45,373 nucleotides of DNA from an uncultured Bacteroidales bacterium. Lineage in GTDB: Bacteria; Bacteroidota; Bacteroidia; Bacteroidales; CAZVTW01. Made by a program: the position numbers and the translations under genes. Every line of letters starts with the position of its first letter. The stretch's first letter is position 1. Where the stretch lies: positions 1 through 45,373 of the forward strand of contig CAZVTW010000002.1 of NCBI GenBank assembly GCA_964629805.1, written 5' to 3'. The notes under the pieces were generated by a model. It saw nothing but the letters and a program-made list of their open reading frames with translations, made no database searches and was not told where the DNA came from. Positions 1 through 8,300 of the stretch are shown piece after piece.

Positions 1-92
1 ATATACCGACTTTGGTCGGGCATCCTCGAAATCGAAGATTTCGGGACATACACGCCGATAATTAAAAAATTAACTGAAAGTTAATTAATTCG

Positions 93-141
93 TTTACCCC
101 GTGAAATAACTTTAACGATTGAAACAATTTCACGGGGTGAA
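93..141. repeat. Inverted repeat / stem-loop: perfect 11-bp core, extendable to about 15 bp, 19-nt loop. Possible terminator or RNA structure belonging to a unit left of the window.
   Basis: Read directly: 97-107 (ccccgtgaaat) pairs with 127-137 (atttcacgggg). Positions 93-96 and 138-141 add A-T and G-U pairs. No U-tract follows. Confidence 0.5.
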
Positions 142-183
142 ATTCGCGGACAAAAAAATTTTTGCGGTCAAAAATTTAGACAC

Positions 184-1080
184 ATGAAAACAGTACATGT
201 AAAACATGTTCTTTGCTGGCAATTATTTATAATATTTCTACTGTTTGGAGCCTGCCGGCAGGAACAATCAACGGAAACAGAATCATCAAAAAAACATGCA
301 AAAATCCCTGAACTCCGCAAACCACCTGAAAGGTCGGAAATATTTTCACCGGATTTCATCTCACACCGTCATGATGTTCGTGATATGGCAATATCACCTG
401 ATGGCAATGAAATATACTTTTCACTTGGGTTTCCTAAATTTTCATATGCTGTTATCCTTTATACGGAAAAAACAGAAGGTAGCTGGAGTGAATTAAAAAC
501 AGCCGGCTTTTCCGGAAGATATAGCGATATTGAACCTGCTTTCTCGCCGGACGGAGAAAAAATGTATTTTGCCTCAAAACGACCATTAGAAGGTGATACT
601 GAACCAAAAGACTGGGATGTTTGGTTTGTTGAACGGGACAATAATGGAGAATGGGGACTACCGGTAAACATCGGTGATTCTGTTAATACATCCGGAAACG
701 AATTTTATCCGTCTGTTTCCAGGGAAGGAAATCTGTATTTTACCGCACAACGCAGTGACTCAAAGGGGGGAGAAGATATTTATTTCTCAAAAAAAACCTC
801 AAATGGATTTTCAGAACCGGTAAACGCGGGTGATTCCATCAACTCAAAATATTATGAGTTCAATGCATATGTTTCTCCTGATGAGGATTACATCATTTTC
901 ACTTCATATGGCAGGGAGGATGATACAGGTGGAGGCGATTTATACATCAGTTATAAAAACAGTGATGGTGTATGGAAAAAGGCTGAAAACATGGGAAGTG
1001 AAATAAATTCTCCCAAACTCGATTATTGTCCCTTTGTCTTTGCTGATAGACAATCTTTTTTTTCACAAGTCAACGCATAA
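184..1080 (+). CDS. PD40/TolB-like WD40-type beta-propeller lipoprotein. The ORF is cut short by a homopolymer frameshift; the intact form would probably run 184..1190.
   Basis: Lipobox-like N-terminus (IIFLLFGAC). Repeated blade motifs: SPDGNEIYFS, SPDGEKMYFASKR, EFYPSVSREGNLYFTAQR, SPDEDYIIFTSYGR, GGGDLYISY. See the finding at 1054-1190 for the frameshift. Confidence 0.8.
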   Translation: MKTVHVKHVLCWQLFIIFLLFGACRQEQSTETESSKKHAKIPELRKPPERSEIFSPDFISHRHDVRDMAISPDGNEIYFSLGFPKFSYAVILYTEKTEGSWSELKTAGFSGRYSDIEPAFSPDGEKMYFASKRPLEGDTEPKDWDVWFVERDNNGEWGLPVNIGDSVNTSGNEFYPSVSREGNLYFTAQRSDSKGGEDIYFSKKTSNGFSEPVNAGDSINSKYYEFNAYVSPDEDYIIFTSYGREDDTGGGDLYISYKNSDGVWKKAENMGSEINSPKLDYCPFVFADRQSFFSQVNA

Positions 1081-1354
1081 ACCGGACTTTCTATTCAAAC
1101 AGGAAAAAATCTTATCCTGAAATCTTAAATCTGCTCAGTAGTTATGACAACGGCAGTTCAAATATTTACTGGATGCAGGCAGATTTTTAAAATTAATTCC
1201 TTAGTCAGTTCCTTAATGGGATAAAATTACATCTTTTTGGACATATTCTACATACCCGAATAATTATGACACATTAAATTTGCCTCCATATTAACCATTA
1301 ATAATTTAGGTGTTTTTTAGTTAGTAATTTAGTTTGTTAGTTAGTTGATGTTAT

Positions 1355-1390
1355 CCGGGATTGGTCTGTAATGCCAGTCCCGGTATTTTT
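1355..1390 (+). terminator. Intrinsic terminator downstream of the PD40 gene
   Basis: 10-bp stem: 1355-1364 (ccgggattgg) pairs with 1374-1383 (ccagtcccgg), including one G-U. 9-nt loop, followed by tattttt (1384-1390). Confidence 0.6.
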
Positions 1391-1391
1391 G
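1384..1391 (+). promoter_or_regulatory. Candidate Bacteroidota -7 promoter box (TAnnTTTG) for the GH29-GH42 pair
   Basis: tatttttg at 1384-1391 matches TAnnTTTG exactly, 36 nt upstream of the GTG at 1427. Motif match only. Confidence 0.3.
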
Positions 1392-1426
1392 CACAGAGAT
1401 TATTCAATTTTAAAGATAATATTTTC

Positions 1427-2536
1427 GTGAAAACAAACAGAAGGAACTTTTTTCGTCAACTCACTTGTGGAACAGCCGGTCTGGCTATGTTTAATCAAAA
1501 TTACTTATACCCGCTACCTGTGGAGAGTAGATTAGCCGGATCGGAAATTTCACCGACACAAGCACAGAAAGCCTGGATGAAACTTGGCTTTGGGATGTTT
1601 ATTCATTTTGGTATAAACACCTACTATGACAAAGAATGGAGTGACGGAACGCTTGATATTTCAGCATTCAATCCCCAAAAATTAGATACGGATCAGTGGT
1701 GTAAAGTGGCAAAAGATGCAGGAATGCGATATATTGTTATCGTTACAAAGCATCATGACGGGTTTTGTCTATGGCCAACAAAACATACTGAATATAATGT
1801 TAAGAACACACCTTATAAAAAAGACATTATTGAAAAAATTGTAAATTCGGCAAAAAAATACGGATTAAAAACAGGTTTTTATTACTCCCTGTGGGATGAA
1901 CATGAACCAAGTCATTTTGAAGACGAAAATGCTTATGTTGGTTTCATGAAGAATCAACTTTACGAACTCATGACTCAATATGGTGACATTGTGGAATTAT
2001 GGTTCGATGGCTTTTGGAAGAAACAGCAGTCGGGGTGGAAAAACCAGCAGGGAGAAAGGCCATGTCCTGAAGAATTTATAACCTCCTGGCGTTATGAAGG
2101 CGCATTCAGGTGGCAAATAGACCACCTGTATCATTTTGTTAAAGAACAGCAACCTGATTGTATTGTTATGAATAATCCCACTTCTGTTTTTAAGGGAGTC
2201 CCATTATTCCCTGTTGACGCTGTGTGTGCCGAAAGAGGTGTACACCTCGGTAGTTATAAAAAAACATGGAATTGGCTTGGGAAAGAAGTTTTTATGCCAT
2301 TACAGATTGAAACAACCATGTCGACAAAAGGCAATAAAAAATTTCCAAAAGGTAATTGGTTTTGGCATGAGTGGGATCACTCAGTTGCATCAGCAAGTCA
2401 AATAAATGGCTGGCTTAAGTCAGCAGGGAAACTTGGTGCGAATTTACTTCTGAACTGCGGTCCCAGGGCTGATGGTCAGTTAAGACCGGAGGATATCGCT
2501 TCTCTTTCTAAAATACAGAATCCTAATAAGAAATGA
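1427..2536 (+). CDS. GH29 alpha-L-fucosidase with a Tat-like signal (catalytic domain only, about 369 aa)
   Basis: GH29 motifs: GFGMFIHFGINTYYDKEW, YIVIVTKHHDGFCLWPT, ELWFDGFW. N-terminus from GTG 1427 reads (M)KTNRRNFFRQLTCGTAGLAMF. The track start at TTG 1361 lies inside the terminator stem, so I prefer 1427 (ATG 1486 is an alternative). The stop overlaps the next ATG (ATGA at 2533-2536). Confidence 0.85.
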   Translation: MKTNRRNFFRQLTCGTAGLAMFNQNYLYPLPVESRLAGSEISPTQAQKAWMKLGFGMFIHFGINTYYDKEWSDGTLDISAFNPQKLDTDQWCKVAKDAGMRYIVIVTKHHDGFCLWPTKHTEYNVKNTPYKKDIIEKIVNSAKKYGLKTGFYYSLWDEHEPSHFEDENAYVGFMKNQLYELMTQYGDIVELWFDGFWKKQQSGWKNQQGERPCPEEFITSWRYEGAFRWQIDHLYHFVKEQQPDCIVMNNPTSVFKGVPLFPVDAVCAERGVHLGSYKKTWNWLGKEVFMPLQIETTMSTKGNKKFPKGNWFWHEWDHSVASASQINGWLKSAGKLGANLLLNCGPRADGQLRPEDIASLSKIQNPNKK

Positions 2537-4638
2537 AAATGAAATTTTATTTAATCATTATTTGTATATGTTTTTATTTGAGTATTAAGTCTACTTCATG
2601 CCAGGTATCTGCTTATATCGGAGAAAAAAAAATCTACTATGGCTCTGCATACTACCCTGAGGCCTGGGATTTTGAAACTGTGGATGAAGATATCCGGTAT
2701 ATGAAGCAAGTGAAAATGAATGTCATGCGAATGGCTGAATTTTCCTGGTCATTGATGGAACCAAAAGAAGGGCAGTATGACTTTGAATGGTTACATAAGG
2801 TCATAGAAAAATTATATGCTCATGACATAGATGTCATTTTAGGCACGCCAACAGCTACTCCGCCTGCCTGGTTAGGAGAAAAATATCCTGAAATATACCG
2901 CGTCAATGAAGATGGGACGGTTCAAACACACGGAGCAAGAAAAAATTATAGCTACACAAGTGAATTATACAGGCAAAAATGCAGGAAAATTGTTTCAAAA
3001 ATGGCAGCAGAATTTGCTCACAAAAAAGGTGTGATTGCCTGGCAAATTGATAACGAATTTAGCCTGCACGAAGATTATAGCCAAGAAACAAAGCACAAGT
3101 GGCACGCGTGGCTGAGAAATGAGTATGATAATATCGACAATCTTAATAATCTCTGGTGTACGCAACTTTGGAGCCAGACATATAATTCTTTTGACCAAAT
3201 ACCTATGCCTCGTTCATTTGTCTGGCATCATCCTTCACTCAGGATGGCCTGGTATCGTTTCAATACCACCCAGGTTGTTGATTTTCAAAATATACAGGTT
3301 GAAGCTATCCGGAAACACTCTGACCTACCCATTACCCATGACGGGATGCCGGGTCAACGTCTGAATTATGTCAGACTGTTCGAAAATCTTGATTTCATGG
3401 CAGTAAACAATTATCATAGTTTTGAGGCATACGACAGGATACAAAGCAATTATGACAGGATGCGCGGTTATCAGAAAGGATTTCACTGGTTATTTGAAAC
3501 AGCGCCAAATTACTCCGGGGGCGGGATAAAAGGTAATACCTGGTTTCTGCACCAACCGGATGGCAGCATGTTTGCGGCTCTGTGGATGAATTATGCTCTT
3601 GGAGGACAGGGACTGATGTTCTGGTTGTTCCGGCAACACTGGGCCGGCCAGGAAATGCCTCATGGTTCGGTTATCTCATCCTGGGGAAAACCGGCCGCCA
3701 ATTTCGAAGATTTAAAAACCCTTGGGCAGCAGTTATCTTCTGAAAGTAGCTTTTTGATGGATAATCCTGTGTTACCTGCTCAGGCAGCAATATTCTGGGA
3801 CCATGAAAACATGAATGGCCTTCGTATTGAAGAATATGCAAACGGAATTAATTACTATATTGACTGGACATACAGGTTTTACAGACCTATATCCGATGCC
3901 TTTATTCACAGAGACGTTATTCATCGCCAATCTGATATTTCAGGTTACAAACTTCTGTTTATGCCCCTCATGCCATATATTCCGGACAATTTAAGGAAAA
4001 GATTAAAACAATGGGTTATGGATGGAGGAACGTTGATACTTGGGCCGATGAGTGGTTACAGAACAAAGGAATGGACAAGTTTCAAAAACCATGCAACCGG
4101 CAGTCTGGAAGAATGGACCGGGATTCACATTGAATCAAGAATACCTGTCGGAACGAAACGAAGACCTGCTGAAATACCTTTAATGCTGGATTTTCATCAG
4201 AAAATAACAACAAAAAATTCCGAAGCCGGTTTATGGAGCGAAGCTTTGTCATCGAAGCACGGGAACATCCTTGCAAGCTATCAAACAGGTATGCATAAAA
4301 ACAAGCCCGCTATTATCGAAAACAGGATTGGCAAAGGACTGGTTATCTTGTTGGGTACAGACCCTGGAAATGAAGCATATAAAAAAATTGTTTTGTATAG
4401 CGCTCAAAATGCTGGCATTTTGACTATGGCAGAAGGGGACAGCAATGTAGTCATAGCGCCCAGAAAAGGCAATAAAGAAAGTGGTTTGATTATTTTCAAC
4501 CTTGACAATTCTGATAAATCATGTTTTTGCAGGAAAGAATTCTTTCTGAATGCAGGCATGAAGGTTGATTGGCCTTCGGAATTTAAATTAGAGCCGTATG
4601 AGGTGAAAATCATCAAAAATAAGCTTTCAATCCGGTGA
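2533..4638 (+). CDS. GH42 family beta-galactosidase, secreted
   Basis: YYPEAWDFETVDEDIRYMKQVKMNVMRMAEFSWSLMEPKEGQYDFEWL, GTPTATPPAWL, WQIDNEF (acid/base), WLFETAPN (nucleophile region), trimerisation-type segment YKLLFMPLMPYIPDNLRKRLKQWVMDGGTLILGPMSG. N-terminal signal peptide. Confidence 0.9.
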   Translation: MKMKFYLIIICICFYLSIKSTSCQVSAYIGEKKIYYGSAYYPEAWDFETVDEDIRYMKQVKMNVMRMAEFSWSLMEPKEGQYDFEWLHKVIEKLYAHDIDVILGTPTATPPAWLGEKYPEIYRVNEDGTVQTHGARKNYSYTSELYRQKCRKIVSKMAAEFAHKKGVIAWQIDNEFSLHEDYSQETKHKWHAWLRNEYDNIDNLNNLWCTQLWSQTYNSFDQIPMPRSFVWHHPSLRMAWYRFNTTQVVDFQNIQVEAIRKHSDLPITHDGMPGQRLNYVRLFENLDFMAVNNYHSFEAYDRIQSNYDRMRGYQKGFHWLFETAPNYSGGGIKGNTWFLHQPDGSMFAALWMNYALGGQGLMFWLFRQHWAGQEMPHGSVISSWGKPAANFEDLKTLGQQLSSESSFLMDNPVLPAQAAIFWDHENMNGLRIEEYANGINYYIDWTYRFYRPISDAFIHRDVIHRQSDISGYKLLFMPLMPYIPDNLRKRLKQWVMDGGTLILGPMSGYRTKEWTSFKNHATGSLEEWTGIHIESRIPVGTKRRPAEIPLMLDFHQKITTKNSEAGLWSEALSSKHGNILASYQTGMHKNKPAIIENRIGKGLVILLGTDPGNEAYKKIVLYSAQNAGILTMAEGDSNVVIAPRKGNKESGLIIFNLDNSDKSCFCRKEFFLNAGMKVDWPSEFKLEPYEVKIIKNKLSIR

Positions 4639-4643
4639 ATATG

Positions 4644-5036
4644 CTATTCCCATAAATCAATTAAAAATCCTTCTTTTCCATAAACAAGGTATGCATTTGG
4701 TAAGGGTACACCGGCAATCCGTTTATCAGTATCCGGTCTTTCTCCTTCTCTGCCATAATTCATATCCCAACGTTGACCCTGTGGATAAGCTCCAACAACC
4801 ATAAAATCACTGCTGCTGTCAAGATTTTTATGCGTAACACCAGCCGGAATAAATATGATATCTCCTTTGTGTGATTTGTGCTCTATTCCTTTTTCTCCAA
4901 CCAATTTTGCAAGTACCCATCCGGAATAGATACATAAAACTTCATGAGCTGTACTCTGATAGTGATGGATACATGGGCTGTGCCTGCGCTCGTTTTCACA
5001 GACCAAATTCCGTTCAGGGACTGAATAAAACAGCAC
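4644..5036 (-). CDS. Cupin-fold protein (YjlB-like), apparently 5'-truncated
   Basis: HHYQSTAHEVLCIYSG ... GDIIFIPAGVTH ... VVGAYPQGQRWDM is the YjlB-type cupin pattern. Only about 24 residues precede HHY, against about 70 in B. subtilis YjlB as I recall it. Confidence 0.6.
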   Translation of the reverse strand: MLFYSVPERNLVCENERRHSPCIHHYQSTAHEVLCIYSGWVLAKLVGEKGIEHKSHKGDIIFIPAGVTHKNLDSSSDFMVVGAYPQGQRWDMNYGREGERPDTDKRIAGVPLPNAYLVYGKEGFLIDLWE

Positions 5037-5038
5037 AA

Positions 5039-5218
5039 ATGGTTATCAAAAGTACCAGTGAGTTGATTGATAAGATGGACTTTTTTAATGCTTTACCTAT
5101 GGGCAACCTGCTTTCTGAAAAGGATGAAAATAAAGCCTGTTGCCGTTCAAAACCAGGTCATGGTTATGCTGTATATTTTACGGACGGGGGAGAAGTTGAA
5201 CTCGATTTAGGATTATAA
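5039..5218 (+). pseudogene. C-terminal remnant (about 59 codons) of a glycosidase carrying a collagen-binding-like C-terminal domain (DUF4038/GH140-type architecture)
   Basis: The 3' part of track ORF 4871..5218 reads ...ELIDKMDFFNALPMGNLLSEKDENKACCRSKPGHGYAVYFTDGGEVELDLGL*, resembling the end of Collagen_bind_2-type domains. There is no upstream coding partner, because the 5' part of that ORF is antisense to the cupin gene. Confidence 0.4.
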
Positions 5219-5244
5219 AAAGCGATACGTCACGTATCGCTTTT
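5218..5244. terminator. Bidirectional hairpin terminator (A-tract, perfect palindrome, T-tract)
   Basis: aaaagcgatacgt c acgtatcgctttt has perfect 13-nt arms centred on 5231. It starts in the TAA of the remnant ORF. Confidence 0.6.
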
Positions 5245-5258
5245 AATTTCTCATTATG

Positions 5259-5364
5259 AATCAATGAGTCAACTCCTAAAAGTAAGATTTTTGTCTCTAC
5301 GTAGTAGAGACAAATAACGAAGAGTTTGGCAACAAATGGACTTCTGGGAGTTGACTCATCAATT
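5259..5364. repeat. Nested inverted-repeat element: outer 13-bp (18 with mismatches) arms enclosing an 11-bp hairpin
   Basis: Outer arms: 5264-5276 (atgagtcaactcc) pairs with 5347-5359 (ggagttgactcat), plus aat/att after a 2-nt mismatch. Inner hairpin: 5290-5300 pairs with 5304-5314 (tttgtctctac gta gtagagacaaa). Lies 17 nt beyond the stop of the 1814-aa gene. Confidence 0.6.
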
Positions 5365-5380
5365 ATTTATTTCAGCATGC

Positions 5381-8300
5381 TTATCGCACAATAAGGGTTT
5401 TTACAGCCCGCTTGTTATTGACAAGTATTTCAACAGAATAACAACCTGCTTCAAGGTCAGAAACATCAATTTCATGAAGGAATGTGCTGTTTGTTTTTTC
5501 AGTCCGGATAATGAGATTCTCTTTACCCAGGATATTCCTCACGTAGATTTTGAGTTTACCATAGACTTTGTTATTCAGGGAAACATACAACTTATCTTCA
5601 GCGGGAACAGGATATAAACTTAAGGATGCTGATAAATCCGGCAAGTCAATAGCAGTAATTGTGTAATCTGCTGTTGCTATTGAACTCGGCGTCATATCCT
5701 CAGCATAGGCCTTCGCCTTTATTGTTGTGGTTTGGTTAACAGATATTGCTCCTGAATATTCATTTGATGATTCATCAGGATCAGTTCCGTCAGTTGTATA
5801 ATAAATTGTTGCACCTTCAGTGTCGCAAGTTATTTCAACTGATTGAGCATCCTCATAAGTACCCTCTGCCAGACTAAAAACAGGAGTAGTAACCACATCA
5901 GGCGCTCCTTCTTTGGCCAGGGAGTATATACCATTAGCTATACCACTCACTGTGAATACAATTCTGCCGTCATTCAGACCAGGTTCAGCATCAAGGTTCA
6001 CAGCGCCTGAACCGTCATCGTATTTTAATACATACCCTTCTGCCGCGCTTGGTGAACTCAGGCCAACAGCTTCAAAGTCAAAGAAAAATTTAACATCAGC
6101 AGCATCGCCGGTAGTTTCAATGTTCCATTTTCTTTCCCAGTTATCGGCTGATGATACACTTGCACCATTATGACCGGCAAATACAAAAGCTTCCTCGGCA
6201 AGCGTCAGACCCTGCATCTCAAGGCCGCCACCAGAGCTATAATTATGTTCAACAATTGTTGAATTATCCAAATCTTTTGTTTTTCCGACACCAATTAAAT
6301 CATGGATATAGGAATCATCAGTATAAAGATTTGTTGTATTTGCGCCATCAGTCAATTCGAGACCATATTTAGCAGCAAGATAATTGTTTATAATCGTTGT
6401 CTGAGCATGGTTCACAGGTGAATTGAAAGATAAAACTTCAGCAATATTCATGGCCTGGAAACCTCCGACTATTACAGGCGCATGGGAATTATTTAATACA
6501 TCAGAAAATGCAGCAGAGTTTTCAACTAATCCGTTAGTCATAAATGATGCGAGTTCAGTGTTTCCATTGACCGCGGCATTAACAATATAATAATCTTCAG
6601 TATTTATAATTTGATCATTTTGAAGGAAAAGCTTTTTATTGAATACCACCTGCATTTCATTTGGGTTACTACCGCCATTCATCTCCAGGGTGTAGGCCTC
6701 CTGGCTTTTATCTGCGGAAATATCGCGTTTTTGTAAAATAGCGGCAAAATCCCCAAACATTTCATTACGTTTAAAGACAATGAACAGAGATATGCTTGAC
6801 GAACCATCAAGATTATCAGCATCATCCACAATCAATGAACCTTTTTCTCCTTCTGTTGCTCCGAATTCAAGGACAGGTTTCCCGTTCAGCGCGTTTTCCC
6901 TGAAAACAGGTGCTGGTTTTTCTTTTTCACCTGTGTTTTCAATTTTGTTGTCACCACCTTCTTCATACGTATTGTAAGCAACATTTTCATTTCCTGACAT
7001 ATCCGGCCAGGTTGTAATTTCATCACCCTCACTTGCAGACAGGCCTTCAGGTTTAAGCCAAAGTGCCATTTCAGGTTGTCCGACTCGGGTTAAGTCTTTA
7101 TATCCAACACCACCGGGACCTACACCAGGATCAAGATTAGTCGGAATGATATCATATGAAGCTTCAATGATTTCAGTGGAAAAAGTGAAATCTGCACTAT
7201 ATGCCTGTGCTTTAATTACTGCATCATCATCAAGGAAAATTGGCCCCTGATAAATAGTTGTCGGTTCTGAACCATCAGTTGAATAGCGAATAACAGCATC
7301 TTCCGGAACAACAGAAATCGTTACAGTAACAGAATCAGGATATTTCACAACAGGTGAGGGAGATAATTCCGGTTTCCCAACAGGTGTAACATTAAACACA
7401 TGCGAAACAACGGAACTGGGTTTCAAATCAGGCGCATATGCGATAACTGAAAGCACGGTGGTATCAGTTAATGTAATCGGGCCTGTGTATTCAGTAGAAT
7501 TATCATCCGGTATTGAACCGTCAGTTGTGTAATAGACAGTAGAGTTCGATGTCAGGGATGTGACTTCCACTTCTGCTTCTTTAATAAAACTGCCACCTGC
7601 AGGCAATACAATCGGGGTTTGAACCTGTGGCTCGTAATTGAGCAACAATGAACTACCTCTCCATTCTTTACCTGAGAACCAGGCACGCTTGCCATCCTGG
7701 TTATTCTTACCTTTTGCTACCAGGGTAACACATGTATCCCCGTTCTCAATTGCCTCGTTAATGAATTCAGTGAATTCAGGAGAACCAAGGTTATACCATT
7801 TTCCGCCCTGTACGAGTGTTCCCTCCAGCAGAACGTTATTCCCCGGATTGATTTTATTATTCCATGTAATAGCATCCTCCTGCCAGTCACAATTTGCTGT
7901 TCCAAAAAACAGGAATTCAAACCTTTGAAGATTATTCGAATTATGAATTGAGCCATATGCCTTTAGTTCGGCAGAAACAACTTCACCATAAGCATCACTG
8001 ATATCATACATAAAATAATTCCATTTTGACCCGTTAGTCTCATCTTTAATAAGATGCTGGTCTGCTTCGCCACCAAAATTAGAATCTTTTTCCCCTTCGA
8101 CCTCAGACACATATGCATCTGCAATACTTGGCATTTGCTGTATTGGAGGCTCAACAGTATAATCCAGGATTAACCTGGCCCCGTTTTTCCAGTCTTTACC
8201 TGCCATCCATAGCCTGTCTCCCGGAGTGTTGTCCTTGCCTTTAATTGTAAATGCAATTGAATCTTTACCTGCTTTAATAGCATCATTAACATAATGCGTA

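Noticed and set aside
1361-1426. TTG start at 1361 for the GH29 gene
   Set aside because: It lies inside the stem of the terminator hairpin at 1355-1383 and upstream of the candidate -7 box. The encoded MVCNASPGIFAQRLFNFKDNIF has no signal features, whereas GTG 1427 yields a Tat-like leader.
4871-5038. 5' part of the plus-strand ORF 4871..5218
   Set aside because: It is antisense to the cupin gene and has no coding character. Only the last ~59 codons (5039-5218) resemble a real protein domain.
5336-5617. 93-aa plus-strand ORF
   Set aside because: It starts inside the nested inverted repeat and runs antisense to the T9SS C-terminal domain of the giant gene. It shows no motif and is AT-rich junk-like.
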